Shown in pieces: positions 50,146 to 64,000 of a stretch of DNA of 64,000 bases (positions within the stretch are counted from its first letter, which is position 1; each line of letters begins with the position of its first letter). A program made the translations under genes and the position numbers. Source of the DNA: Azolla caroliniana (Eukaryota > Plantae > Polypodiophyta); NCBI GenBank assembly GCA_043228905.1, contig JBHGNT010000008.1, positions 19,344,001 through 19,408,000 of the forward strand. Direction: 5' to 3'. The notes beneath the pieces were generated by a model. That model was not told the DNA's origin, searched no databases, and was given only the letters and a program-made list of their open reading frames with translations.

Positions 50146-52095
50146 AAAGGAAAATATAACTACTTTGTAGCCATAGAATGTGAGTTTATAGGAGTAAACA
50201 TCATACACATGGGATTCATTGCCATTTATACAAATTGGCTAGGTAGCATAGAACCCCCACCCTTGGGAAGAAATATCCCAACAACATAAGACATCCCAAC
50301 AACCCCCCCTCCCCTTGGGAAAGGATAACATGTCGACCTTGGATGAGAATACAACACTCGCTTAAAGAGAAGGAGCTCCCAAGCCGAACATAAATTAGAA
50401 AACCCTAGTTTCCATGATGGAAAAAGGTAGTCCGGCTAGTATCCCAACACAAGTGAGAGTGGTAAGTCCACCCATATTAACAAATTGGTCCCGAAATTCA
50501 AAATATTTAGTGACACCTATGATCAAGTAGAGTGCTTCAAGAAAATCACTCAAGCATATGAGCCATCATAAACATAATGAGAGAAGTCCTACATGTTTTA
50601 CCTAAGATTGAGAGGACTTTATTGCTAGTTTTGTCTTACAAGGGTTCAAGTGAAACATGATCAACCACTTGTGTTTGCTCAAACAAGAAGCAAATGCTAT
50701 CATGTGTAATTAAATAAGATACCAAAAGTCTACACAACATGTGTAAACCAAGAGAACAATATGTTCTTTGATGGCAAAGTCATGAACCTAGTTTATTTTT
50801 GGTTTGTACAATCCTATCTTACATAAATTCCTAGTTGCAAAAGGCCCACATGGTGAGGGAAATTTTGAGCAAGTAGGAATATATAATTGTACTATTAACA
50901 AATAAACCCTAGGATTATATGAGCCCCTCACTATTAAACAAATACAACACATGTTTTAACAAAAAACGCCCACGACAATAATTTGGTTTTAACAAGATCC
51001 AGTTTGTGGGGTGCCTTGACGATAAAAACATGACTGCCATGAAACTACTCTTTGTCATTCCATCGAAGGTAGGTGTGAAAGTAGTTACTTGTGCTCAATG
51101 GATAGAGTGAAACCTATGTATCTTACCCCAACCCTTGTGCTAAAATCAATCCAATGAAAGAATATGATAACTTCATCCAAGAGGTGCAACAACAATGAAT
51201 GAAGTAAGCAGCTTAGAGTTTGACCAATGTAGTGAAATACGGGATCATATAACTCACGAATGAGCATAATCATTAGTTTATTGTTATGTATGTTAAATTG
51301 TTTATCATTTTGCAGTGTGGGAGGGTTTACAATCACACTACGACTTCATGGTCAAGAGTGATCCCGTAAAATTATTTCAGCATGAACTTGCTAATATCTG
51401 CAATTCAATAGTTGTTACTTGATGGTCTAAAGGGATGGTAGTGTTTGTCTCTCCCTATCCATTAGGGGACTAGCGCATGTAGGTGATCCTTGGGGAGTAG
51501 CTCCATGTACAAGTGATGTGTTCTCACTTAAGGCTTGGGTGTTATTATTGTTTCCTCTTAAAGGTTGTAGGAAAGTTCCTTGTCTAAGTGCTCTCTCCTC
51601 TTCATCTTTTCGAGGCATGTGCATGTCATTATAATTAACCTATAACTGGTTGTATGTTGTTGTTAAGTTTCCTATGAGACATCCAACATTATCATACCCT
51701 TGCCAATGACCGTTTTATTTACTCTAACCTAGCTAGTAGGGGTATTCCATGCACTAGAGGTTCTCCCCTCTAGTGTTGGCCTTATTATATCTTGCAATAT
51801 TTCCCTCGAAAGTGGTTCTTTGACTTTATACCATTATGCGAAGAATGTTGTGGAATTCACCAAGATTTTGGGCTTCCAATGGGGTGGGTAGAGGTGAAGT
51901 CCTCAAATTAGAAGACGTTAGCACAATAAATATATGTTTTCGGCATAATCTGCAACAGGCGAGCGAATCCATTCCAAATTATGGTTTCCATGCGAATGCG
52001 GTGCCAGAAACCGATGGCCAAAGTGTTTTTTCCGAACATGCAAGTCAATCTCATACTCTGGAGTGTGTATGTCCAAGGAGCACTAGCAGGTTGGA

Positions 52096-52125
52096 TTAGG
52101 GTTAGGGTTAGGGTTAGGGTTAGGG
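52096..52125 (+). repeat. (TTAGGG)5 telomere-like repeat upstream of the nicotinamidase gene
   Basis: ttagggttagggttagggttagggttaggg, about 110 bp before the ATG. Confidence 0.9.
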
Positions 52126-52234
52126 TTAAAGGAAAAGGGAAGGAGGGGTAGTTTGGGAAATAAAGGAAAATACGGATGGATTTATTGGGAGAAATACGAA
52201 TACATACGAGAAAAACACAGATACCGATACGGAT

Positions 52235-55135
52235 ATGGCGAGCAGGAAATACGAATACGAATACGAATACGAGATACGGCGTCGTGGCCCCGACCCCGCC
52301 CGATCTGTGCTGCTGGTGATCGATATGCAGGAGTACTTCAGAGAGATCGCCTCTCCTATCCTCCCTTCCCTGCAGAGCACCATCGCTATCTGCCGTGGAG
52401 CTTGTATCCCTGTTGTATATACTCGCCACTCCCACAAGGACCCCTCTGACCATGGCATGCTCGGAGAGTGGTGGCCGTCCCTCATCCACCATGACACCCC
52501 TGAAGCTCAGCTCCTTCCAGAGGTACGACTTCTACGACTTCAACCCTTCTTCTTTCTTATGCCTATGGATATGCTTCTTACCGTTTGCAGGTGTGTTTTA
52601 TGCATGCCTGTATGTATGTGTAGCCGCATAGGACCATGTGTATGTGTGCATGCCTATATGTTGAGGGCCTATAATCATGTCTATGTATATGCCTATGTGT
52701 TGATGGCCTATGACCTTGTGTATGTGTATGTATGCATAGTCTTATTCATATGCATACATACTCCTATGTGTATGATGATGCCTATGCATATACATACTTT
52801 TATGTGTATATGCTTATTACCATGTATTTATGGATATGCGTATGTGTATGTTCATTACCATACCTATTCGTATGTCTATGGCTATGGGAATGCTTATATC
52901 TATGAAGATGCTTTAGCGATATGTATGTATGTATGCATGCAATTTTACCATGTATGTATGTTGATGGCCTATAACCATGTCTATGTATATGCCTATGTGT
53001 TGATGGCCTATGACCTTGTGTATTTGTATGTATACATAGGCTTATTCATATGCATACTCCTATGTGTATGATAATGCCAATGCACATACATACTTTTATG
53101 TGTATATACTTAATTTCCATGTATTTATGGATATGCGTATGTGTATGTTCATTACTGTACATATTTGTATGTCCATGGCTATGAAAATGCTTTGGCGATA
53201 TGTATGTATGCATGCATGCAATATTACCATGCGTATCTCACCTAGACAGGTATGTGGACTCTTTCCAAACAATGGGAGAAAAATAGCAGTCTAATATTGT
53301 GATTTTTTAGAGAGACATCTAATTCAGGCTGCAAACTGAGTTGTTGTCATCCATATAATTTCAGTTGGCTGGAGATGCATTTCACATGGTAATCACTTAT
53401 CGCCCCAATGAATGATATGGGAGAGTAGATATGATGATTGCTTATTACTAAAAGCGTGTAGATACAACTAAATCCCCATTTTAAACCATACAAGGAGGAT
53501 TGAGGATGAGAGAAACAAGAAGAAATAAAAAAAACAAAAATACAATGGGAGTACCTCCACGTGGTCTCTATAGAGAGCCACAAAATTCTCTCCAAGAGAT
53601 GTACAAAGGGAGCTATTTATGTAACTGCTTTGATGGCCCATTCTCTATTTCAAAAGCATGCAATCATACATGAAAATTAGCATTCTCTCTGATTGATTTG
53701 GGATGTTAGTAGTTACACAACTGTGTTGGTCTTGGGTCATGTGCGACACTCTTCTTATGTTGTTATTGTAATACTCTAGGACCAGCAGTGCAATTGTATA
53801 GGACTGGATTTCAGACCAAAAGAAAATGAACAAACCAAATCAATCACGAGGAGCAAATTGAGTTTTCAGATGTTCAAGATAGAGGTGGAGCAAAGAGATG
53901 TGGGGCAGATGATAGTGCAAGTATTTCTGCATCCAAATCTTTTTTGACCAGATTAAACAATCAAAATTTTATCGCAGAAACAAGACAACTTGAAATTTAC
54001 CAGTTTCTAGATGACAAACATAGCCAAGTCTAGTCTAATGCTCATAGTATCACGGAAATATGTTGTGAAAAAAGGATATTAGAATGCCAGTATTATCTAA
54101 TATCACATGAATTTGATGTAAACAACGTGATTAATATTCATGAAAACTCTTGGAAAGGCTAGAGTCGCCCTCAACACAACCAGAAATCCATACTATTCCA
54201 ATCATGTCTACCTTACGACGGGGTTTTTGGGTGTCTGCAACGTGGGGCGAACCATACACTACTGTTCACAGGTAGTTTATCAGTAGTGTAGAGTTTTTTT
54301 CATAAGAATGTGAAAAGAGAACAAAGGGCACAAGGATAGGTAGTCCTACCTATTATAACAGTTAATCATAGGTCAATGTCCAGACTGTAACCATCCAGAT
54401 TAGGCAAAGCCATCAAATAACGTAGTGGAACAAATGTAGTCTATTCTTAACTAGACTAAGGCGCAAGTGTAGTTACATGCATTCCTGACCATAACAATGA
54501 GGACAAGCTGTCAAAAGTCCATACATTTTCTGATGTCTTTCACAATGCATGGTGACCTATGATCCAGAGTGCTGATCTTGTTGGAGGAGTGCAATCAACT
54601 TACATGGGGAGGAAATAAGTTTTGATTGCATCTTGTTACCCACAATGGGACTTCTAAAGAATTATGAAAAAGGACCATTTATAGTTGGGTCATATCAAGG
54701 TATTTGGTATAATGATCAATCAAGCATGATTCCTTTTCATGCCTTTGTGCAGTTTTTTCCTTCAATTTCTTTCCTTATTGACTACAGCATATTTTGCAAC
54801 CTAATGATTATCATCATCGTTGTGCATTTCAGGTTAACAGAACGAGCGATGATAAACTGGTTGAGAAGCACACTTATAGTGCTTTCTATGATACCGACCT
54901 AGAAAGCTTCTTGAAGAAATCAGAGAGAACAGAAGTAATCGTGACAGGAGTTATGACGAATCTATGCTGTGAGACCACTGCTAGGGATGCATTCATCAGG
55001 GGTTTCCGAGTCTTTTTCTCAACTGATGCAACAGCAACTTCCAATCATGATTTGCACTCTTCCACTTTGAAGAATTTAGCCTATGGTTTTGCATACCTCG
55101 TGGATTGTAAGAGGTTGAAATCATATCTTTCCTAG
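52235..55135 (+). CDS. NIC2: Nicotinamidase 2-like isochorismatase-family cysteine hydrolase, 196 aa; exons 52235-52522 and 54833-55135
   Basis: [23 protein letters not shown] and [41 protein letters not shown] (D-K-C triad), closely matching plant NIC2/NIC3; canonical GT-AG phase-0 intron. Confidence 0.92.
52655..53232. repeat. About 300-bp tandem duplication of TATG-rich sequence in the NIC2 intron
   Basis: ggcctataaycatgtctatgtatatgcctatgtgttgatggcctatgaccttgtgtat at about 52666 and about 52966. Confidence 0.85.
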
Positions 55136-56661
55136 GTGTGTGTGACCAGAGAAAATACCATACATGCCTATGACTGGAAATCACTCTTCTTCATACTTCA
55201 TTAGCTGTCCATAGAAAGAGCACTAACTATTATACATACCTAGCACTAGAAACACTTTTCTTTATGCATAAGTTGGGCATAATACTCTAGAAAACCTTTT
55301 CTTCATACATAAGCTGTGCATAATACTCTAGGTTTTGTTTATCGTTAATGAAGAGCTCCTAAGCAGTATGCTTTCCATTAGCATGACTAATGGGTGAAGG
55401 AGCTGCTCTTTATTGTGAATACTAGTTTTACACAGGATTCTTAGAAGAGTCTGAAATGGCTGCATATGAGACACTATGCAAGCTTCATCTAGCTATGGTG
55501 ATTTAATTCTTGTAACAAAGATCTATCCTGTGAAGGAAATATTGAGTGTATTAACAGCGAAAAACAATGTGAAATATTGAGCTATGTATCTTTTGGTGAT
55601 GATGTAAGTATCTCTACATCTTTGTAGACCACTAGACCATGTTTATGGACAAATAGAGAATGTAGATGTAGACACATTATGAGCTATGGCGACTAATTTC
55701 TTTGTTGATGTGATAGATATATTTGATTGTGTATATGGGGTATGGTTGTTTGTAATTGGTCGATAGATGATGAGATTTTGCTCTTGAATTCAAATTCAAT
55801 ACACAAACTCAGAAAAAATCGAATGGTTGCGTGGAAACTTTATCATATACTTGCATGAGTATAAAATAAAGTAGGTGCATAAGAGTAGCCAACAAAAGGA
55901 ATGCAAGGAAGTTGATTTATAGGTCATGGCAGCACAACTAATAAAAGAAGTGGAGGATACTATACAAATGAAGGAGAAGCTAGATGTTGAATATGATTAT
56001 GAATGTAATTGATGACTGTTTATATGGATTGCGAGAGAGATGATGACATATAATAGAATGAAAGAGTAGAAAGAATGATGGAATTAATACTTTACAAAAG
56101 GACGGGACATTTATTTCCCAACAATATTGATCCATTGGCATTTTGATTAATCAATGGCTTACACATGTTTGTAATAGTAGTGAAGTGATGGACGTTACGA
56201 ACATACTTTCTATTGCTTTGATTCACACATTATGAAGCTGAATGTTTTATAACCATATGAATTAATTGGCATGAGATGACTTTGATGTTGATTGCCAAAA
56301 ATTAACATGAAGGGTTCCATAGGTATAGATCAACACAATATGTATCTCATAAACATATGCTTGCATAAATGAACACCGGACAATGAAAAAAGTGGCTTTA
56401 CAAAATCACTCTCTCTAGAATGTGAAGGGTTTGGGAAATTGTGCACTCGATCCATTCGTAAGGCAACAAAGTTAAGTATTAGCTGTAAACAAAAACATAC
56501 ATTCTCGTAAGACATTTTGAATGCATTGGATTCATTACAAATAATTGTGTACCTACACATATGTGAATGGCAACAAAACGTAATCTTGGTTGATTGCATA
56601 ATCTTGACACTTCATCATTTAAGACCCACCATGACATACACTCGATGACGTTACGAATCCT

Positions 56662-57917
56662 TGTTATGGCTTCATTCGAACTTGTGAAGTCAATTATTGT
56701 TCATAAGAAAAAGCTATGGCAAATAGGTTGGATCCTAAGATAACTAAGAATAAAGCACAATATAAAAGAATCAAGTATTAAAGGAGGAAGGAACTTGAGA
56801 GGATAAAAAGTTAAGAGGCGTTTTTAGAAAAAAGCAGAAAAGAAAGCAAGAAAAAAAGCAAGACGTGGATATGAGGATTGAGGTAGAGAAAAAAGCTCAT
56901 AACTTCTTCATCCGATATCCAATTTTGAAAAGGAAAGATGCGTAAGAAAGCTAACACGAAGAGTTTGCTAAAAATAGCTTGCACGTGAAATTTTAGATTA
57001 CAAATACGAAATAGTGATAAAAATTAAAAAAACGTTTCACATAGACAAGCTTTTTTTAGAAAAAAGTAAGAATAAAGCAATAGAAAGCCTATTAATAAGA
57101 GGGTATTCTTAGCCATAAAAGAGGGGGAATAGAAAGTCTACAAGGGGGGAGAAGAGACTTGTTAGAAGAAGGAAGGAGAGAATGTTAAAAGAGGAAAGAA
57201 GGAAGAAGAAGAAAGTCTCTATAGGAAGTAGTGAGAAGTGCCCTAGGTAGGAGACAATAGGAAGAAAGGAAGTCTATTTGAGTTTAATGTCATAGAAAGA
57301 AAGAAATTTCTATGTAGTGGAGTTATATTAGTAAGAGTCCAAGAAACTTGTATTATTCTCTAATATTATGAAATAGCATTCCTTTCTCGTCCTCTTCTTT
57401 TCTCTATCTTTTCTTTGTACACGCTTTCATATTGGCGCTCTAGGGAGGGTTGATCTCTTCCGTATCTTGGGAAGCTTGGTTGTGTCGTAGTATTGCGTGA
57501 ATATGGCTTCTCAATTGGCCTTTGTAGGTGATGGCTTTCAAGATGCAGGAGCTTTTTTGGTATCCTTCGAGCATCACACGGTTTCGATTGCGAAGGTGAA
57601 TGACATAAAGAAACTTCCTTTGTTGGTGGCAACTTTCTACTCAAGAGCCCAAGAGTGGTATGAGTCACTACCGCCCAAACAACAAACCATCTACCAATTG
57701 CTCGTGCAACACAATTTTGAAGCAACTACATCTGAAGTCATAATGCGATGGAGGTGCAAGAGGAACTCTTCACATTGCATATGACAACATTGATGGAGTA
57801 TTCTGAGTATGAGAGGGTGTTCAAAGAGCATTGGTCAACATGGATCCGTCTACGAGCGGGTGTAGAGGATGAGTGGTTCAAGATGGATCACTTCAAAGCG
57901 GGTTTGAATCCTTACTT
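56662..57917 (+). mobile_element. 5' fragment of a Ty3/Gypsy-like element (LTR about 56662-57429, PBS 57433, gag start 57503)
   Basis: TG...TTTCA is followed by TGGCGCTCTAGGGAGGG, then MASQLAFVGDG..AQEWYESLP (retrotransposon gag-like). LTR left end tentative. Confidence 0.65.
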
Positions 57918-58680
57918 GGTTATGTAATCAACTACCACCAAGATATACTCCTTCAAATTTGCCACCATTGCAAAGTAAGGATTCAAGCTCACTTTGACGC
58001 AATCCATCTTGAACCATTCATCCTCTACACCTCCTCGTAGACGGATTCATGTTGACAAAAGCTCTTTGAACACCCTCTCATACTCAAAATACTCCATCGA
58101 TGTTGTCATACGCAACATGAAGAGTTCCTCTTGCACCTCCATCGCATTACGATGTCGGATGTAGTTGCTTCAAAATTGTTGCACGAGCAATTGGTAGATG
58201 GTTTGTTGGTTGGGCGGTAGTGACTCATACCACTCTCAGGCTCTTGAGTAGAAAGTTGTCACCAACAAAGGAAGTTTCTTTATGTCATTCACCTTCCCAA
58301 TCGAAACCGTGTGATGCTCGAAGGATACCAAAAAAGCTCCTGCATCTTGAAAGCCATCACCTACAAAGGCCAATTGAAAAGCCATATTCACGCAATACTA
58401 CGACACAACCAAGCTTCCCAAGATACGGAAGAGATCGACCCTCCCTAGAGCGCCAATATGAAAGCGTGTACAAAGAAAAGATAGAGAAAAGAAGAGGACG
58501 AGAAAGGAATGCTATTTCATAATATTAGAGAATAATACAAGTTTCTTGGACTCTTACTAATATAACTCCACTACATAGAACTTTCTTTCTTTCTATGACG
58601 TTAAACTCAAATAGACTTCCTTTCTTCCTATTGTCTCCTACCCAAGGCACTTCTCACTTCCTATAGACTTTCTTCTCCTT
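57205..58680. repeat. Long inverted repeat (arms of about 710 bp, loop of about 55 bp)
   Basis: 57205-57917 is the reverse complement of 57973-58680; ORFs 57366-57725(-) and 58220-58522(+) are near-identical. Confidence 0.95.
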
Positions 58681-60409
58681 TGTGATCAGAAGAATTCGGA
58701 AAGAATATCACTGCGATCGCGCCTCATGTGTTAATTACAGTACTAACACTGTTATTATCCCCTCAAGTACTAATTACATCACTAATTACTATGTCGCAAA
58801 ACGCTATTGGTGTGTATTACTTAAACTCAAATACAAAGCTTTTTATTTGTATTCTAATACCAATACACACATTTTATTTATATGTATGCGTATTATGTAT
58901 ACACATACATACAGACATACGGTCTATAGGATACGGTGTATATATACGCACCGTATGTATACATAGGCCCCGAAGGGTCGTCTTGTTTCATCGATTTTTC
59001 GACTCTGCTACGATGGAAATCAGAGCTCCGATCACGCAGGCGCAGCATCGTACAGGAGACCCACACCATCGATCTCGCGCACGCACCTCTACGGTCTGCA
59101 GAATGCACAGGACAGAGAATCTAGGGTTTACAGTGCATACCGATTGCCGAAGCTTTTCACTCTCCTAGCCTATGGTGAAAAGATGACTTATCTTGTGGTT
59201 GAGTTTTATTTACCTGCATTAATATGCCAGGGAAATGATGGCGTGGCTTGGGAGCAAGTGGTAGCTAAAACGCTGAAATCTTGGGAAGTGGAGGCTTTGT
59301 GTAATGAATGGGATTGGAAAATTTAAATAAATATGAGTGTTTAGGGACATCAAGGGGCGGGGTCGTTAAAATGAACGCGATTAAAGGAGATGTAACAATT
59401 AATGGCATGATTGTGAAGGTCTTGGTGTGATGAAATGAGAGGGTTTGATGTATCAAATGTGATTTTAAGTGAGAGGGATTGATGTGATAAATGGGTTGAG
59501 TGTTATTTGATGGGAAGAACGGGTTGAAGGTGATTAAGTGAGCAGTTTTGTTGTAATGAATGGACTGAGTGAGATTACATGAGAGGTTTTGGTACGATGA
59601 ATCACATGATTGTGAAGATCTGCTAATATTTAAGGAGAATTCATAAATGATATAAATGTGATTAGCTGAGAGGATTTGATATTTAGGTGGGTTGAAATTG
59701 TGATTAAATGAGAGTGCTTGATGTGATGAATGGGTTGAGTGTGATTAAATGAATAAATTAGATGTAATCAAGCAAGAGGGTTAGATTTGATGGTTGTGTT
59801 GTGTGTGAAGCTCTTAGAGTGATTACAGAGAAGATTTTTTTATAATGTGATTACGGATGTTGAACGGAACTTGATTAAGAAGATGGAGTAGTGACTCACT
59901 TAGTGGTGGGAAATATGGTATTTGAAAAAGTGATTAGACATGTTAAACTGAAGGATTAAGAAGAGAGAAGGGGCTGGGGTAATTTAATTGTAGAAAAGAT
60001 TTGGTTTGAGCAAACAATGAAATCTGAAATCTTGGGAAAACAATGATAGGGTTTCGTCATGATGCCCTGAATGTGAAGATCTTGAATTGTTAATCTCAAT
60101 GTGATTAAGACGAGGGAAGGATTTAGAGTGGTGGAAACAATTGTGGTTGTAACAGAATCTTTTTGATTGACATCTTGGTGAGAAACTTGTGGTTCAACAT
60201 AGTAGTGGTTGAAGAGGAAATCTTGTGGTTTAATACAGTAGTAGTTGAAATGAGAAACTTTTGGTCTGGTGGGAAATGCTTGGTTTGATGGAGTGCAAAG
60301 TGATGGAATAACTTGTGGTTTGCTAATAATAGGAACTGATTTAGTGCTAGAGAAGGAAATTTTCTGGTTTTCTCCATGGACTGATATGCTGGGTACGTAA
60401 AGAAAGCAC

Positions 60410-63400
60410 ATGGACATGGACATGGACAAACAAGAGATAATACTTGTAGCTGCAGCGGCTTATGTGGCGGCTATGGTTATTTCCTTCTTGAAGAAAGCCA
60501 TTGCATCCTCATATAGTGCTTACACTGGTGGGAACCATCATGACGAGGGTTCAAGCACTAGTTTGGTTACCTTGCAAACACACATCAAGGGTGCCACCTT
60601 GCCCCCTGGCTCGATGGGCTTGCCTTTCCTTGGAGAATCTCTCAGCTTCAAATCTCAACGCCACAAGTTCTGGATATCCCGACAACAACAGTGAGTCTTC
60701 TATTTTTCTTCCTGTTTTAATTTTCGTTGGCTTCGAGCATATAGGCTATTTGATCTTATGTGAAAAATAATTTTGGAAGGTTTCTTGGTTTTGTTTAGCT
60801 TTTAGTTTGTTTATTCTAGCTGAATTCAGACATATAAAGCCATGAGACCTTAGGATTTTCATATGACCAGAATTCCTATATAGCCAAAGAAGCGTAGAAA
60901 ATACATCAACACAGATAAGATAATTTGTGGCAAACACACAGATTTTCTTTAGTTTGCTCTAAATGTCTAAGGTCAACCTGCCTGAAGACTGTGGAGTACA
61001 ATGTATGTTAAAGCTTTTTTATTACATCTAAACAAGTATATGGATGCATGCATACTAATGTTTATGAGTTGGAAATTTGATGGTGATTAAATCATGCAGG
61101 TATGGGGATGTGTATAAAACCCATTTATTTGGTTACCCCTCCATTGTGGTAGCAGGACCCCAGGCAGCAAGGTTTGTGATGGTGGATCAGGCATGCTCTT
61201 TCCGGCAGAGAGGGCTGCCTCTTGTTGAGATGATGTTGGGATCCAACTTCTTCGGTTACCAACATGAGAAAATTCATGCCAATCTTAAGAAGATCTTTTA
61301 TGGTCCCTTGCTTCCTGAAGCTCTCGAGAGATCCATTCCTATGGTGGAAGCCATAGCAATTGATATTTTGAAAGATTGGGATGGAAAGACTATCAATACG
61401 CTGGAAGAAGCTAAGAAGGTGTGGCATTATCTTTATGACGAGATATTCAAGACATGGGAGTTTAGTGCTTTTCAAGATAATTATAATGCACAGTGCTTAA
61501 TAATAGTTTTTCTCCCGGAACTATGACCAGTACGTGTTTAAAGTGGCTATGGAATTTGTGGTTGGAGCTACACCAGAGCATGAGAAGGCAGAGCTAACAA
61601 GTGTTTGTGGACACTTAATAAGAGGTGTAAGCTCCCTAAGGAACAATGCACCGGGTACATGTTACTACAAGGCAATTAAGGTATTGATTATTGACATGTA
61701 ATAAAGAGTTATGAAGCCTTTAGATGAAAGGCAGTGAATCTTTCATTTTTTATATCTCTTTTATATATTTATCTCCAACAACATGAAAAAGACTTACTCG
61801 TTTTGGTTACATGCCTTTCAACAAAAATATATGTAAACCCTTGACCTTCATCAATCTTGGAGTTTCAGACTAAACAAATATATAATGAATTTAAACTCGA
61901 AACCCAAATTTTCCGTAAGCTTCAGTTGCATTGTATAGACATTGCATATATTGATAGAGCAATGTGCAATATTGCATTTTTTACATTGTGGTAAGGCTCC
62001 CCATGTAATATATATATATATATTCTATTGGCTGAGATGTAATGTACTTAAGATTCCACTGTAACCCATCGAATATAAATTATTGTATGACCGTAATAAA
62101 GTGCTGAGTGCAGGACAGCAGGAAGAAAGCGTGTGCACTGTTGGATAAGATCATGAGTTCCCGGAGGGTGTCCAATGATGAGCTAAGATCTGGATCAAGG
62201 TTTTCTTTGTCATCATCAAATGACATGCTGGGCTTAATGATGAGGCTGGAAGACGAGAATGGGATCCAAATGAGTGATGAGGAGATCCATGACAATGTGC
62301 TCACGATCCTCCATGCTGCTTATGACTCCTCTGCCTCTGTCTTATGCTGGATCATCAAGGTCCTCACGGAGCATCCCAACCTCCTTGCCAGTATCAAGGT
62401 GACTTTGTTTATTTGTTTGTTTGTGTGTGTGTGAGTACGACAAAGATTGATTCAGATAGTTTTCTAAAGACAATAAGGTCATGTGTTCAACCCATATATA
62501 CTCTAGGGAGTGTTGGAACCCAGGCCTACGTGTGAATAAAAATATGACTTACTTTGCCGAGGTTCAAATGTCACGAGTCTCACTGAATTATTAGATGACT
62601 GTATAGAATGTAGGGGTTGAACTCACACCTATGGTCTTTTTGTTTCTGATGAACAAACTTTAAAAACTGAGCTGCATCCTTATGGCTATGCTAGATATTG
62701 TCCCCGGTTAGCTTAAGTGATCCTAATAATGGCTCTTTTATACAATTTAGTATCATTTCCTCCTTACAGTAAGGTATATTGACTTCATAGATTATCTTTG
62801 GCCCCAAAATTTCTCCTTTGTGCAATCTTGATATCCTTTCCTCGTAATATAATAAGTCAACTTCGTGTTAAATATCTTGATTGAACACCCATTTTAAGTT
62901 TATAATGTTGATTCTCAATTTTTTAGGAAGAGCATGAAATGATTCATGCAGAAAAGGGATCTGATGAAAACATCAAATGGTATGATGTAAAAGAGCAAAT
63001 GCAACTCTCGCTAAAGGTATGATTTATCTTTATGTTTTCATACAAATCAAATAAAGGACGCATGACTAATGCTGAAATAATTTACTTCGATTTCATAAGT
63101 AAGCAATATTCGGCAAGACTTTTCATTTCATGCTGCCTTCTAAATTGTTGGCACACTAATGATAAATGTCACTTAAAGTAACAATCACATGTTGTATTCA
63201 TACTTCTTACACATCTATCAATTATCGAAAAGACATTATGACCCGAGTAGTTGTTATGCTTTACAGGTAATAAAAGAGACTCTACGGATAGCCAATGTCG
63301 TGGAGTTCTCTTATAGAGAAGCCGTTGAAGATGTATCATATAGTGGTATATCTAAACTCATTATACCAATTTATAAAAATCCATTATTTCTCACTGATTA

Positions 63401-63980
63401 CAAGCTGACGAATTTTTTTGTATAAAGAAATATGATTAGCGTTTTTTATATTCTTAGGTATGGTTTTTCCCAAGGGCTGGCGTGTCATAATAGCACATGT
63501 TGCATACCATATGAACTCGGCATATTTTTCTTGCCCTAAAGAATTCGATCCCTCGAGATTCAGGGTGGGTTCAAATTTGGTACAAATTTTCAATCGTGTA
63601 GCTAACATATATGAGCAAATTACATGTAAATTGTTGAGCACATAATGTGTATTCTTGATCCAGGTTCAACCCAAGCTCTTTAGTTTTACACCATTTGGAA
63701 GTGGCTCTTATGGCTGCATCGGAAGGGAGCTATTTCACTTGCAAATACTTGTGTTTCTTCACCATCTTGTATTGAGATATAGGTATACTAAAAACATTTC
63801 TTATCTCATAAATTCTAATGCCATTACATAAACATAAATTGTCAAGGGCATGAAAGAGAATGTCTCACATTCATTCTGCCATCTATCAGTTGGAAGCATT
63901 GTGGAAATGAAGATGGTTCAGAGTTTGTGCCTACTCATGTGCCAAAGGGAGGATATCCTATTCACGTTAAAGAAAGGTAA
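60410..63980 (+). CDS. Cytochrome P450, CYP85 clan (CYP707-like architecture), about 506 aa, 9 exons
   Basis: Exons 60410-60690, 61100-61418, 61531-61680, 62114-62398, 62927-63016, 63267-63345, 63458-63564, 63664-63782 and 63890-63980 join in frame. Motifs: LPPGSMGLPFLGE, YGDVYKTHLFG, KETLR, FDPSRF and heme PFGSGSYGCIG. Confidence 0.93.
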
Positions 63981-64000
63981 ATATAAATTTTAATGTTTTA

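Noticed and set aside
52523-53071. C-terminal extension of the 278-aa ORF at 52235
   Set aside because: Read-through into a TATG-rich intron; the real gene splices at 52522/54833.
55800-56660. Possible SWIM/MULE transposase relic on the minus strand
   Set aside because: Only a weak C..CKH-like hint across frames; not supportable.

Overview
Eukaryotic land-plant DNA with spliceosomal introns, (GA)n microsatellites and plant LTR retroelements; the style suggests a non-seed plant such as a fern (inference). Host genes are a small CSPTxHxGSFRC-motif protein (7954-8385), a two-exon NIC2-type nicotinamidase/isochorismatase (52235-55135) and a nine-exon CYP85-clan cytochrome P450 (60410-63980). The centre is a 37.4-kb transposon nest (12715-50145) bounded by an AAAGG target-site duplication (TSD): Copia Z > Copia A > Copia B > a TIR DNA transposon > a young Ty3/Gypsy. 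The most notable element is the DNA transposon (19932-39129; 36-bp TIRs, CTAT TSD, Sola1-like/DUF7869-type transposase). Divergent to its transposase it carries a six-exon gene for a ParB/Srx-like domain fused to a bacterial-type beta-class N6-adenine/N4-cytosine DNA methyltransferase. The first intron of that gene holds a phased array of eight 25-bp palindromes at a 51-bp period. This copy is decayed. All calls come from manual reading and motif recognition; no database searches were run.
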